A stretch of 64,000 bases of DNA from Myxococcota bacterium (GTDB taxonomy: Bacteria; Myxococcota_A; Bradymonadia; UBA7976; UBA1532): NCBI GenBank assembly GCA_036337435.1, contig JAYZEG010000066.1, positions 29,959 through 93,958 on the forward strand. The letters are read 5' to 3'. The translations under genes were made by a program, and so were the position numbers. The notes under the pieces were generated by a model, which did not search any database, was not told where the DNA came from, and was given only the letters and a program-made list of their open reading frames with translations. This document shows, piece by piece, positions 28,819-38,929 of the stretch (position 1 is the first letter of the stretch; each line of letters starts with the position of its first letter).

Positions 28819-30396
28819 CTAGATTTCCATCGTTTTTTGGAACGCCACATTCGGGTACTGTTCCTCAGCGTAACCAATGGCCCATGCGCTCTGTGCAATG
28901 AAGGTATAATGACCAGCTATGTCCGTATAGATGCGGCGTCGGTTCTCAGATACAAATCGCTCTAACTCCCCTTTGTCGTCAGCATCGACCCAGCAAGCAG
29001 CGGCAAGTGGTACGCCTTCGAACCTGGCTCTGACTCGATATTCCATTTCGAGCCGAGACGCGATCACATCAAATTGCAAGCTCCCAAGCGCGCCGATGAT
29101 ATAGTCGCTTCCCTCCAATGGTCTGAAGAATTGCGCAGCACCCTCTTCTGAGAGTTCTTGCAGCCCCTTGACCAGTGCTTTTGATTTCAACGGATCCATC
29201 AGCTGGACACGCCTGAACAACTCTGGTGCAAAAGCTGGGATGCCCGTAAATTTCAATTCTTCGCCCTGGCTAAAGGTGTCTCCAATCCGAATCCCTCCGT
29301 GATTATGAATCCCGATAATATCGCCAGGGAATGCCTGTTGGGTCACCACCCTGTCCTTTGCTAAAAATGTGGTGGCGTTGTTGACCGCCATCATCTTCCC
29401 CGTGCGGACGTGACATAACTTCATCCCTCGGTTGTATTCGCCAGAGGTGATTCGAACGAAGGCCATTCGGTCATGATGCGCCTTGTCTAGGTTTGCCTGA
29501 ATCTTAAAACAGAAGCCGGTGAACTTGGTTTCTTCGGGTTCGACAACCCGTTGTAGCGTTGCTCTGGGCAGAGGTGACGGCGCGTAATCTACAAATTGGT
29601 CTAGGAGTTCCTTCACACCAAAATTGTTGATGGCACTCCCAAAGAATACAGGCGTCTGGAGGCCTGCGTTATATGCCTCAACGTCAAAGCTGTCGAGCGC
29701 ATCGAGTAACTCGACATCGTCACGCAATCGGTCGGCGTGCTCAGCTGTGAGGTAATTCTCAAGTTCACTACTGGCCAAGTCGTCCAACACGATGCGCTCG
29801 TTTCGACGGCCACGTTCCGACGGCTGATAGAATACAACTTGCTTGTTGATTAGGTCATAGACCCCTTCAAACTCCTTACCCATGCCAATGGGCCACGTCA
29901 CGGGAACACAGGACAATTTTAATCGATCTTCAACATTTTGCATGAGGTCAAAAGGGTCAAGTCCCTCGCGATCGAGCTTATTTGAAAATGTGATGACCGG
30001 CGTATCTCTGAGACGACAAACGTCCATGAGTGCCTGGGTCCGTTCCTCAACGCCCTTCGCATTATCGAGGACCATCAAAGCACTATCGACTGCGGTCAGC
30101 ACCCGGTAGGTGTCTTCACTAAAGTCTTCATGTCCAGGGGTATCGAGGAGATTAACCGCCACATCCCGATATTCGAAACTCATGACCGCTGTGCTGACAG
30201 AGATTCCTCTCTCTTGCTCGACCTTGAGGAAGTCTGACGCAGCGTGCCTGTCCGCTCGACGTGCTTTGACAGCGCCCGCCATTTGAATTGCCCCTCCAAA
30301 TAACAGTAATTTCTCTGTAATGGTCGTCTTCCCCGCATCTGGATGACTGATGATTGCAAAGGTGCGGCGCCGTCTGATTTCGTCGAGTCTGTTCAT
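28819..30396 (-). CDS. prfC: Peptide chain release factor 3
   Basis: RRTFAIISHPDAGKTT, LLDTPGHEDFSEDTYR, NKLD and FKIQAN motifs. Confidence 0.97.
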   Translation of the reverse strand: MNRLDEIRRRRTFAIISHPDAGKTTITEKLLLFGGAIQMAGAVKARRADRHAASDFLKVEQERGISVSTAVMSFEYRDVAVNLLDTPGHEDFSEDTYRVLTAVDSALMVLDNAKGVEERTQALMDVCRLRDTPVITFSNKLDREGLDPFDLMQNVEDRLKLSCVPVTWPIGMGKEFEGVYDLINKQVVFYQPSERGRRNERIVLDDLASSELENYLTAEHADRLRDDVELLDALDSFDVEAYNAGLQTPVFFGSAINNFGVKELLDQFVDYAPSPLPRATLQRVVEPEETKFTGFCFKIQANLDKAHHDRMAFVRITSGEYNRGMKLCHVRTGKMMAVNNATTFLAKDRVVTQQAFPGDIIGIHNHGGIRIGDTFSQGEELKFTGIPAFAPELFRRVQLMDPLKSKALVKGLQELSEEGAAQFFRPLEGSDYIIGALGSLQFDVIASRLEMEYRVRARFEGVPLAAACWVDADDKGELERFVSENRRRIYTDIAGHYTFIAQSAWAIGYAEEQYPNVAFQKTMEI

Positions 30397-30404
30397 GGTC
30401 CGGC

Positions 30405-30433
30405 ATAGTGGCGACTGCAGGGCCGGAAGTCAA
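30405..30433 (-). promoter_or_regulatory. Putative sigma70 promoter of prfC
   Basis: Minus strand TTGACT-N17-CACTAT lies 8 nt before the ATG. Confidence 0.5.
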
Positions 30434-30458
30434 TCGATGTAAAATCAATGGCTGTAGA

Positions 30459-30487
30459 TAGACTCCATGTACTCACCAAGGTAGCCT
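30459..30487 (+). promoter_or_regulatory. Putative sigma70 promoter of the lipoprotein gene (probably leaderless)
   Basis: TAGACT-N17-TAGCCT lies 6 nt before ATG 30494. Confidence 0.45.
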
Positions 30488-30493
30488 ATTCAA

Positions 30494-31315
30494 ATGAAGT
30501 ATGTGTTCATCTTGAGTCTGCTGTGTTTCGGTTGTTCAAAAACACCTGAGGCGTCTGCACCAATCAAGCTTAGACTGAAATCCCCCGATCTCGAGCAGCC
30601 CCTATGGCAGCGTTATCGGCGGTCACAGACGAGCGACCGTTTGCTCAGTCAAAAAGGCGCGCAAGATATCGCGGCTGAGTTTGGAAGACTTCGGTTTTTA
30701 TCAACGCGCACGGATGTCGAGCCATACCAAATTGAGCGCGCGCGAAGAGAGCTTGAAAAGTCGGCATGGTCCTATTTAAATGGGACTACGCCGTCGACTT
30801 ACATGAAGCTCGGCCGGATTATGGCGCGTCGTTTCATCAACTCGATCTCGAACCGAATCAAACAGTCGGCATCTTTAACTGCTGACACCGACAGCCAAAA
30901 CCATAAGGAGTATCTATCCCAAGTCGGCACGTTTACCCGTGATGCGATACGAGATGGCTGGGTGCCAACCACAATGACGCCACTGACGGAATGCATGTTC
31001 ACAGCAATATACATGCACGATTGGATGAGGCCTGTGGAGGGGCGGATCGCCATTCAGGATTATTTAGACCCACTGGAACGCTACTGTGAATTGCGTTGGC
31101 GAGTTGAAAGGGCTGTGAGTGTCTCATTGAAAGCTCGACTTGAGGCCATTGAAGAACTTAAAGCCGTGCATTCATATCCTGTCGACTACAATCGGATTGC
31201 GTTGCTGCTCAACGCGGGACAAATCAATCGGGTATCCACCTTGCTCATCCAGTACAAAGGTGCTGACAAAGCACTATTGACCCGGCATTTGAAACAATAT
31301 GGTCAGCCACAATGA
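30494..31315 (+). CDS. Hypothetical lipoprotein
   Basis: Lipobox LLCFG|C. ATGA overlap with the next gene. Confidence 0.65.
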   Translation: MKYVFILSLLCFGCSKTPEASAPIKLRLKSPDLEQPLWQRYRRSQTSDRLLSQKGAQDIAAEFGRLRFLSTRTDVEPYQIERARRELEKSAWSYLNGTTPSTYMKLGRIMARRFINSISNRIKQSASLTADTDSQNHKEYLSQVGTFTRDAIRDGWVPTTMTPLTECMFTAIYMHDWMRPVEGRIAIQDYLDPLERYCELRWRVERAVSVSLKARLEAIEELKAVHSYPVDYNRIALLLNAGQINRVSTLLIQYKGADKALLTRHLKQYGQPQ

Positions 31316-31821
31316 CTTCGAGAGATACAATTCGACGGCGTTATGACGTCTTCGCGAAGCATTACGATGAGGTCTTCGTGTCACGCCAAGTCGAAAAGCT
31401 GAAATGCGTGCAGAAATTTATGCCAAACGGCTGCCCAGAACGTGCACTTGATGCTGGTGGTGGGACTGGAATCGCCGCGCGTTTCTTTGGTTATCCCTTT
31501 GTGAATCTAGATGTATCTCAGGGAATGCTGAGATACGCTGACGGCCATCGTGTCCAGGCCGATATTTGCGCGCTTCCATTTGCGCAAGATACTTTCGACC
31601 TCATTCTCAGTTTGAGCGTCCTCAAGGATTCGACGCCAATTGATCGGGCACTGACCGAGTTCCATCGAGTTCTTAAACCCGGGGGCCTATTGGTGCTGAG
31701 CATTTTGAAGACAGAAGATTTGGCCAGTGCCGAAGTTTTGGTTAAACAAACCTTTAACAGACAGGCTCAAAGAGAAGATTTAGGGCCTGATCTTGGCTTT
31801 ATTGTTGAAAAAGTCCGCTAA
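31312..31821 (+). CDS. Class I SAM-dependent methyltransferase
   Basis: ALDAGGGTG, LDVSQGML, QADICALPF..DTFD and RVLKPGG motifs. Confidence 0.9.
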   Translation: MTSRDTIRRRYDVFAKHYDEVFVSRQVEKLKCVQKFMPNGCPERALDAGGGTGIAARFFGYPFVNLDVSQGMLRYADGHRVQADICALPFAQDTFDLILSLSVLKDSTPIDRALTEFHRVLKPGGLLVLSILKTEDLASAEVLVKQTFNRQAQREDLGPDLGFIVEKVR

Positions 31822-31840
31822 GCACTGCTACTCCGGCGCC

Positions 31841-32617
31841 ATGGATGGCCTGGAAAAGAAACTAGCAAGACAAATTTCGCAAGCAAACCGGCGCTTCGGT
31901 CTCATCGAACATGATGACCGTGTTATGGTCGCTGTGTCTGGTGGTAAAGACTCTTGGAGTCTGCTGTCGCTCCTACGCGTCTATCGAAATCAAGTTCCCT
32001 TCGATTTTTCCATCATCGCAGTCACCATCGACCAAGGACAGCCTGGGTTTGATGGTGAGCACCTCGAGGCATACTACAAGACGCATGAATACGATTACCG
32101 TGTCGTCTACAAGGATACGTACTCGGTGGTTGTTGACAAGACGCCTGAGGGTAAAGCGTACTGCTCGCTGTGTTCGCGGATGCGTCGAGGCATTCTCTAT
32201 CGACAAGCCGCGGAACTCGGCGCGACGAAAATCGCCCTTGGTCACCACCGTGATGACTTGATCGAAACGCTCTTACTCAATCAATTTTATTCGGGTCGAG
32301 TCCGTTCGATGGCACCCAAATTGGTCGAAGCCGACGGAGGTGCGGCAATCATTCGACCACTTGTATTCAGTGCAGAAAAAGACCTTCTCAAATATTCCAT
32401 AGAGAAGAATTTTCCCATCATACCCTGTAATTTGTGTGGGAGTCAGGCCAATCTAAAACGTCACGAAATTAAACGGCTCTTGACATCTCTCGAGTCAACC
32501 AACCCACGCATCCGCGGTAATCTACTCGCGTCTCTCGGTAACATCGATACAACCCATCTGTTACTTGGTAAACCAGATGCGGCTGCCGACGAATTGTATC
32601 TCATAGACGGCTTTTGA
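31841..32617 (+). CDS. ttcA: tRNA 2-thiocytidine(32) synthetase
   Basis: SGGKDS PP-loop, CSLCSRMRRG, GHHRDD and IIPCNLCGSQ motifs. Confidence 0.95.
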   Translation: MDGLEKKLARQISQANRRFGLIEHDDRVMVAVSGGKDSWSLLSLLRVYRNQVPFDFSIIAVTIDQGQPGFDGEHLEAYYKTHEYDYRVVYKDTYSVVVDKTPEGKAYCSLCSRMRRGILYRQAAELGATKIALGHHRDDLIETLLLNQFYSGRVRSMAPKLVEADGGAAIIRPLVFSAEKDLLKYSIEKNFPIIPCNLCGSQANLKRHEIKRLLTSLESTNPRIRGNLLASLGNIDTTHLLLGKPDAAADELYLIDGF

Positions 32618-33326
32618 CGTATCGTTCTACGATGAGATCAGAGCGACGTACGGTCGATAGGTACCACTTCGCCAGTAAATATTCTTTTCGTGCTTCCGGC
32701 AAATCACCCTCTTCACCATCCCGTGCCAAACGGTCCCGCCGCCGAGTCACTAAGTTGGACAATGTCATCGCGACACTAACCGTCACATTAAAGCTTTCGG
32801 TAAAACCATACATTGGCAACCGGAACACCTGGTCACAGGCAGCCGCTGTCTCATCGCGAATCCCGTCGCGTTCATTCCCAAATAAGACCAAGAGCGGTCG
32901 TTCTATATCGATATCAGAAATGGTTTTTCTGGCATGTGGGCTGGTCCCTAAAATGCTCATTTGCCGCTTTTGCGCCCACTGAATTAAATGAGCACTGCTG
33001 GGCACTCTATGAAGCTCGACCCATCGGTGAGCGTACATGTTCACGCCTGAGGTGACAGGGTTTTTCGGGAGTTCAGGCATGGGGTATTCGTGCCGCAATT
33101 CGGCGGCAACCACATCTTGAATGCCCAAGGACTCGGCGGTGCGAAGGCAGGCTGCACCATTAAACGAATTCGCTAAGTCTTCAACACCCAGAGCGATGGA
33201 ACACAAGCGTGCATCCAAAACGCGTTTCATCTTATCTCGACGTTCGTCTGAAACGAGATTCTCGAGAGCATCGATGATGTGTGCCGGCGGCACGGATATG
33301 CGGCCGCATTGTATCTCGTCAACCAT
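32601..33326 (-). CDS. trmH: SpoU/TrmH family tRNA 2'-O-methyltransferase
   Basis: N..A..RT, LFGNERDG and LPMYGFTESFNVTVS motifs. Start ATG 33326 has an SD and an upstream TATAAT. Confidence 0.8.
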   Translation of the reverse strand: MVDEIQCGRISVPPAHIIDALENLVSDERRDKMKRVLDARLCSIALGVEDLANSFNGAACLRTAESLGIQDVVAAELRHEYPMPELPKNPVTSGVNMYAHRWVELHRVPSSAHLIQWAQKRQMSILGTSPHARKTISDIDIERPLLVLFGNERDGIRDETAAACDQVFRLPMYGFTESFNVTVSVAMTLSNLVTRRRDRLARDGEEGDLPEARKEYLLAKWYLSTVRRSDLIVERYVKSRL

Positions 33327-33521
33327 GAATAACCTGTCCTTAGTAACCCTAAATGGAGTCATTATAAAGACCTGTAACTGCTGTGATACTGGACTCATCG
33401 ACTCCTTTTATCAACCCCAAAAATCCTTCGAAAAAACGGTGTTTTCGCTATGGTTATTCACTAATCCATTCGCTATATACCGTCTGTGTTTTGGGGACTT
33501 AGGCACGTTAACAGGTGGGGA

Positions 33522-35186
33522 ATGATGATGACGGAAAGTAGGCATTTTATGGACGGGCGAACTCTGGTTGCCGAATTTGATATCCGGCCGAGTGGAGTTG
33601 TTTACCGCAATGCGGATGTCAATGCGCTCTATCAAGCGGCAATTCAAACGGGGCAAGCGAAGCGTTTGGCCAACGGTGCGTTGTTTCAGGACACAACCCC
33701 GTATTTCGGGCGTGCCGCAAAATCGTCGTTTTATGTCAACGACCCGAGCATTCGCTTCGATGGCAAATCGCTTGACGACTTGATGGCGTGGGGTAATCCT
33801 GACGCCGGCGAGTATGACAATCTACCCATTGCCCCTGACATCTATACACGGCTCAGGCAGCGGGTGACCGAGTATCTATCGAATGCCGGTGACCTCTACG
33901 TAAATGATGCCTGGAGTGGGCGGACAGAAACAAGTCGAATCGGCGTTCGCGTGATCACATCACGCCCAGCCAGCGCGTTGTTCGCCCGTAACATATTCTT
34001 GCGCCTCCAAGACGCTGAAATGGGGATGTTTCGACCCGATTGGACCATTTTGCACGCACCAGATGTCTGTGCAAAACCCGCCGATGGAACCAACGGGGAG
34101 GCGTTTATCATTACAGACTTGAGTGGTGGTGTCACAATCATCGGCGGCACCCGCTACCATGGCCAGATTAAGAAATCGATTTTCTCGGTGCAAAACTTCC
34201 GACTTCCATTGCGAGGAATTTTGACAATGCATGCGGGTGCAAGCGAGGGAAACGGGGGCCTGTCGGCCATCCACGCTGGCTTGTCTGGGACCGGCAAAAC
34301 CACGTTATCCAACACTGGCTTCCCGGTCGCCGATGATCAAATCGTCGTCGACATCCACTCCACCGATGCCGACGCCGTGATCAGCAATATGGAAGGTGGC
34401 CAATACGCGAAGACGGAAAATTTGCGGCGGGACAAAGAACCAGAAACGTTTGATGCCATCAAACATGGAACAACAGCGGAAAACATCGCCCATGATGTGA
34501 ACGGCGTGGTCAATTATGCCGATCGTTCGATCACAGCGAACGGGCGGGTGGGCTATCCACTTGAGTATGTTCCGACTGCGAAGGAAAGTGGCACGGCGCG
34601 CGCCCCATCCAACATTACTTTTTTGACGGCGGACGGATTCGGAGTTTTGCCGCCCGTATCCCGCTTGAGTGCCGCCGGTGGCATGTTTCACTTCGCATGT
34701 GGTTTTACCAGCAAAATGCCTGGCACCGAGAAAGGCATCAACGAACCATTGCCCACGTTTAGCAGTTTCTTTGGAAAACCCTTCATGCCACTCAAGCCCA
34801 TCTACTACATGGACTTACTCAATGAACTGATTGAAACGCACGGGACCGAACTCTGGCTCGTCAACACAGGTTGGCTCGGTGCCAATGTTCCTGGGAGACA
34901 GCGAGTCGACATCTTGGTCAGTAAGGCGATCATCAACGCTGTCCGCGATAATCAGATCGATATGAGTGATGACAACTTTTGGTACGATCCGATTTTTAGA
35001 GTCCAGGTTCCAAGGACAGTTCCAGGCGTGGATTCGGCAATTCTCGATCCAAAAAACGCCTGGGCTGACCAGTCAGCGTATCAAGCGAATGCAAATAAGC
35101 TCGCGAATATATTCAGCAAGGCGATCGGCCAACTCCAGGGAATTCCGACTGACGTTATTGAGGCGGGCCCTAAAGCCGTGCACTAA
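33522..35186 (+). CDS. pckA: Phosphoenolpyruvate carboxykinase (ATP)
   Basis: KKSIF, MH, GLSGTGKTTLS, DD, EGG.YAK, LTADGFGVLPPVSRL and WLVNTGW motifs. Confidence 0.88.
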   Translation: MMMTESRHFMDGRTLVAEFDIRPSGVVYRNADVNALYQAAIQTGQAKRLANGALFQDTTPYFGRAAKSSFYVNDPSIRFDGKSLDDLMAWGNPDAGEYDNLPIAPDIYTRLRQRVTEYLSNAGDLYVNDAWSGRTETSRIGVRVITSRPASALFARNIFLRLQDAEMGMFRPDWTILHAPDVCAKPADGTNGEAFIITDLSGGVTIIGGTRYHGQIKKSIFSVQNFRLPLRGILTMHAGASEGNGGLSAIHAGLSGTGKTTLSNTGFPVADDQIVVDIHSTDADAVISNMEGGQYAKTENLRRDKEPETFDAIKHGTTAENIAHDVNGVVNYADRSITANGRVGYPLEYVPTAKESGTARAPSNITFLTADGFGVLPPVSRLSAAGGMFHFACGFTSKMPGTEKGINEPLPTFSSFFGKPFMPLKPIYYMDLLNELIETHGTELWLVNTGWLGANVPGRQRVDILVSKAIINAVRDNQIDMSDDNFWYDPIFRVQVPRTVPGVDSAILDPKNAWADQSAYQANANKLANIFSKAIGQLQGIPTDVIEAGPKAVH

Positions 35187-35218
35187 GTCTCCAGCGGGGT
35201 GGACGCCGGGATGTCGAC

Positions 35219-35839
35219 CTACTTGAGATTCTGATCGACTAATCCATTGCGAATTGCGTACCGAACCAAACCTGCGACATCATTTATGCCGAGCTTCTTC
35301 ATAATCTTGGCGCGATGATGTTCTGCCGTGCGTCCTGAAATATCTAATAGGTGTCCGATTTCGCGACTTGTATGGCCCTCAGCCAAGAGCGTGAGCACTT
35401 CGATTTCTCTCGATGAAAGTGGGTCTTTAGAGGTAGCGAGCCGTGTTCCAGGCGTGAGAAAGGTTTTCCCTCGTGCAACTGTTCGAACGGCATTGACCAC
35501 ATCGCGCACCCCTGCCCCTTTCAGGACATAGCCCGATGCCCCCGCCTCCATTGCACGTTGAACCCACGCATGGTCGTGATACATGGTCAAGACGACAAAT
35601 CGCGTGTCAATGCCAGATTGCAAGACTCTCTTAATGACTTCTAAGCCACCGAGTCCAGGTAACGCTAGGTCGCACAGAACCACATCTGGTTTCAGCTCAA
35701 TGATACCAGCCAGCGCAGCCCGACCATCGGACGACTCGCCAACGACTTGGAGATCGTCTGTTGTCTCCATGAGGGCGATGATGCCCTCACGAACGATGGT
35801 ATGGTCTTCGACGACATAGACGCGAATTGTCTCAACCAT
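35219..35839 (-). CDS. NarL/LuxR-family response regulator
   Basis: REC domain (VEDH, D.ALP, LT, YVLK) plus LSSREIEVL...HRAKIMKKL HTH. Confidence 0.95.
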   Translation of the reverse strand: MVETIRVYVVEDHTIVREGIIALMETTDDLQVVGESSDGRAALAGIIELKPDVVLCDLALPGLGGLEVIKRVLQSGIDTRFVVLTMYHDHAWVQRAMEAGASGYVLKGAGVRDVVNAVRTVARGKTFLTPGTRLATSKDPLSSREIEVLTLLAEGHTSREIGHLLDISGRTAEHHRAKIMKKLGINDVAGLVRYAIRNGLVDQNLK

Positions 35840-37094
35840 TGGCGTTACCCTCGCTCACTAACTTAATCTCTGCCATGAGTTTTAAGCCTCCCAGATGCGT
35901 TCCTGAACAGAGTGTAAGGCGTCCTCCACAGTTTACCAACCGTTCTCGAATCCCAATGAGTCCAAGTCCTAATTTGTGGTCCGCATCCATCCCTTGGCCA
36001 TCATCTTCAATGGTCAGACGCACGCGTGAACCGTCCTGTCGCAAATGGACCTGCACCCGGTTTGCGCTCGCATGGCGTGCAATATTTGTAAACGCTTCTT
36101 GTGCTGTCCTAAATAAGGCCTCCGCAACGTCTGCATCGAGTCCAAACGATTCGATCTTCGAATCGATCTTTAAACCATAACGAACAGCTGATTGCTCACA
36201 AAGGTCGTCGAGCGCATCCCCTAATCCCAGCTTATCAAGCGCCGGTGGCCTGAGTTGCTGCGCCAAGGCGCGCACCTGATCGACTCCCTCGTCGATGGCA
36301 TTTATCGCTGCATCCAAGTGTCTATCTACAGAGTGCCCCTTCGGTAGCAGTGCCTCTATTGTCGACAGGCGAAGCCTAAGAGCGGTTAAGGTCTGGCCCA
36401 AATCATCATGCAGATTACGACTAATTCGAGCCCGCTCCGATTCCTGTACCTCGACGAGACGCATCCCCAACTCTCTGAGTTCTTCTTGAGTATCCTGAAG
36501 GGCTTGTGTACGGATCTGGACGCGGTCTTCGAGTTGTGCATTGGCGTCCTCCAGTTGAGACCACAACTCGCCATTGTTGACGTCTCCCCTACGAATCGTC
36601 GAGACAGGTAAAAAGTACAGCGCAAGAGCCAAAATAATCCCGAGGGCAATAGAGAATACCCAAGCATTCTTTGCGAGTTCACGGACACCTTCGTCATTCA
36701 AAAACACGCCAATTAAAGCAACGGTACGGCCCTTATTGTTCACTGCCACAGAGACTGTTCGAGCCCGCTGAGCGCGTTGCGAACCCGCTGTATAGGCTCC
36801 TTTGTCCCATGCGCTCTGCACTTCGACGAACAAGTCAGGATTGGCTTCCACCAACGGCAAAATGAGGCTGTCGAGAGTCTCGGGGTCGTAGACCCACAGA
36901 CCAGGTCGCCTCTCGGCTTCAAGTTGAAGTCGGTCAGAGATTTCTTCGCCAAGCCTCAGTGCTTCGCGATCGAGTTCATTCTGCAAGCCTTGGCCATATA
37001 ATGTAGGGAGCCCAACGCCAACCAGTAAGCCAGTTACCATGGCCAGTGGCAGCATGCGTTTACGAAAGCTCGGACTTAAGGCTGTCTGGCTCAT
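35832..37094 (-). CDS. HisKA_3-type sensor histidine kinase
   Basis: Two TMs; ER.RISRNLHDDLGQ, QEAFTN..RHA, IEDDGQG and GLGLIGIRER motifs. Confidence 0.93.
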   Translation of the reverse strand: MSQTALSPSFRKRMLPLAMVTGLLVGVGLPTLYGQGLQNELDREALRLGEEISDRLQLEAERRPGLWVYDPETLDSLILPLVEANPDLFVEVQSAWDKGAYTAGSQRAQRARTVSVAVNNKGRTVALIGVFLNDEGVRELAKNAWVFSIALGIILALALYFLPVSTIRRGDVNNGELWSQLEDANAQLEDRVQIRTQALQDTQEELRELGMRLVEVQESERARISRNLHDDLGQTLTALRLRLSTIEALLPKGHSVDRHLDAAINAIDEGVDQVRALAQQLRPPALDKLGLGDALDDLCEQSAVRYGLKIDSKIESFGLDADVAEALFRTAQEAFTNIARHASANRVQVHLRQDGSRVRLTIEDDGQGMDADHKLGLGLIGIRERLVNCGGRLTLCSGTHLGGLKLMAEIKLVSEGNANG

Positions 37095-37912
37095 TGTACA
37101 ACTCGGCGAAATCCCAGTTCCAAAAGGGCACCTTGGCCTTGCGAGCTGAGTAGATATTTAAAGAATTCCTGCGCCGCTTGGTGTTTTTCTGACACATTCA
37201 CCGTGAGGGAAATTTCGCTGGGTCGAGTCGGCAATCGACCAATCCAGGTCGGAATTCCATACATTCGGAGATTGCCCTCGAGTGCGAGACAAAATGAATT
37301 ACGCTTAACCGCGGTTTTTCTTGGACATGCCATGGCATCTTCATCAGCAGCGACCCGAACGCGCTGAGCCGCCTTAAGAATCGGGATTGACAACTGGGGA
37401 TAGGCATCTTTGAACAGGCGCGTTAACGGGTCATGTAATGAGCGCGACAGATACTTTATCAATCCATCAGAGGACGTGATTTTCTCATTAGGTTGGACAA
37501 ACTGGGCTAGACGTTCGAGAGACAACTGGCGGTCAGCAATCCCGGGGCCAAGTGCGAGGACCAACTCGGTTCTCGCGAACTCATTTGCCGTCTCCTCAGC
37601 ACGCCATTCAATCCCGACAGCCACATTGACCAAACCTGCTTCATAGGCGAGTTGTGGTCCATTGCCGGCCAATGGTTCTTCGACGATAACGGAGCGCCCT
37701 TTGCCTTCGTCCATATAGTTCCGCGCCAAGTGTTTAATCAAACCAAATGCGGCTTTTGGAGTTGCTATGCGAACGTTTTTTTGATGAGCAGGAAGCAGCG
37801 AGGGGGCTTCAAGTCGCGGTGGATGTCCGGGTTCTGAGCAAGCGAATGCGGTCGTGAAAAAGACGAGAGCCACCCACCCGGCTCTTTTGCGCTGAAAAAA
37901 TAAACTATCCAT
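37091..37912 (-). CDS. Lipoprotein with a periplasmic-binding-protein (PstS/ModA-like) fold
   Basis: Lipobox TAFA|C; C-terminal AAQEFFKYLLSSQGQ..L..LGF typical of PBP type 2. Confidence 0.6.
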   Translation of the reverse strand: MDSLFFQRKRAGWVALVFFTTAFACSEPGHPPRLEAPSLLPAHQKNVRIATPKAAFGLIKHLARNYMDEGKGRSVIVEEPLAGNGPQLAYEAGLVNVAVGIEWRAEETANEFARTELVLALGPGIADRQLSLERLAQFVQPNEKITSSDGLIKYLSRSLHDPLTRLFKDAYPQLSIPILKAAQRVRVAADEDAMACPRKTAVKRNSFCLALEGNLRMYGIPTWIGRLPTRPSEISLTVNVSEKHQAAQEFFKYLLSSQGQGALLELGFRRVVQ

Positions 37913-38321
37913 GGCCCCCTAGACTCTCGATGCGTCCACGACTCAAGTCCAGGTCCAAATTTGGTTTGGTTCTCAGGCAGGTCACGATGAGGTATCGCCC
38001 TTCATAGCGAGCTTCGATTCGAAAGTCGGATGACTCAGCCAGCTCTGCTGCGGCACCAAAAAGGTCAACCGTCCAATCTGGGTTCAAACAAATGTCAGTC
38101 CAGGCCATACCATGCTGCCAAAACCCGGTACCGAGAGATTTAGCGATGGCTTCTTTTGTCGCCCAGATGCGAGCAGCATCTGCGTCCGAAAGAGGCCAGA
38201 AATGAGCCTCATTGGGCCCCATAACCTGGCGCATCACATCACCTTTTTTACGAACACGTGAAAGCCGCTCTGGATCAGCAATATCAACACCAATTCCCAA
38301 AACTTGATGTGTCGATGCCAC
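37905..38321 (-). CDS. acpS: Holo-[acyl-carrier-protein] synthase
   Basis: GIGVDI and A..WATKEAIAKSLGTG motifs. GTG 38321 overlaps the upstream stop codon. Confidence 0.8.
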   Translation of the reverse strand: MASTHQVLGIGVDIADPERLSRVRKKGDVMRQVMGPNEAHFWPLSDADAARIWATKEAIAKSLGTGFWQHGMAWTDICLNPDWTVDLFGAAAELAESSDFRIEARYEGRYLIVTCLRTKPNLDLDLSRGRIESLGGHG

Positions 38322-38929
38322 TATCGAAATCCAGGTGGTGCTGCCCAAGCGTCGGCTTGGTCGTCGATGACTTCAGGAACCACGATCAAAGGAACGCCAA
38401 GCTGCTTCGCCAGCGCGTCAACAAACTGAGTTTGCAAGCGGCCAAAGGCAACACCTTCAAGATGAAACCAAAACCGCGCAAAGGCGACATTTTGTCCAAA
38501 TGACAGGTCGCGAAACGCCATTTCGCTCTGACACGATGGGCAATCATAAAGAACAGCATCCAAAGGAAAGAACACAATCCGGTCCAGGGCATCCTTAAAC
38601 GCCAAGGGGTCCATATCGTCTTCGCAGATGGGACAGGTCACACTATGGAATTCGTGGAGGTCTTGCGCCTCTGGTAGAAAAGTAACTTTTTTGACCTTTT
38701 GCACAGTCAACGACTCAAATGTGAGTTCAGCAGGAACGTAGTAGTCTTCCGCATCGGGATGAAAAATGCGCGCGGCCATCGGCCCGGCTGCATATTCGGA
38801 CGGAGTGATTTCAGGACCGATAATGCCCCTCTCTGCCAGATAGCTTAAACAGCGTCTAATGGCCTCATCTGACGGGATGGGCGACTTGCCACTTTTCGGG
38901 GCTAAGTATAGATTTAACACGGTGCTCAT
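38321..38929 (-). CDS. Hypothetical protein with a CxxC..CxxC zinc ribbon
   Basis: CPIC and CPSC motifs; first gene of the operon. Confidence 0.6.
   Translation of the reverse strand: MSTVLNLYLAPKSGKSPIPSDEAIRRCLSYLAERGIIGPEITPSEYAAGPMAARIFHPDAEDYYVPAELTFESLTVQKVKKVTFLPEAQDLHEFHSVTCPICEDDMDPLAFKDALDRIVFFPLDAVLYDCPSCQSEMAFRDLSFGQNVAFARFWFHLEGVAFGRLQTQFVDALAKQLGVPLIVVPEVIDDQADAWAAPPGFR

Noticed and set aside
32601..32617. Convergent 3' overlap of ttcA and trmH, and zero gap at murJ/28541
   Set aside because: Short convergent overlaps are common in compact genomes; there is no evidence of antisense regulation.
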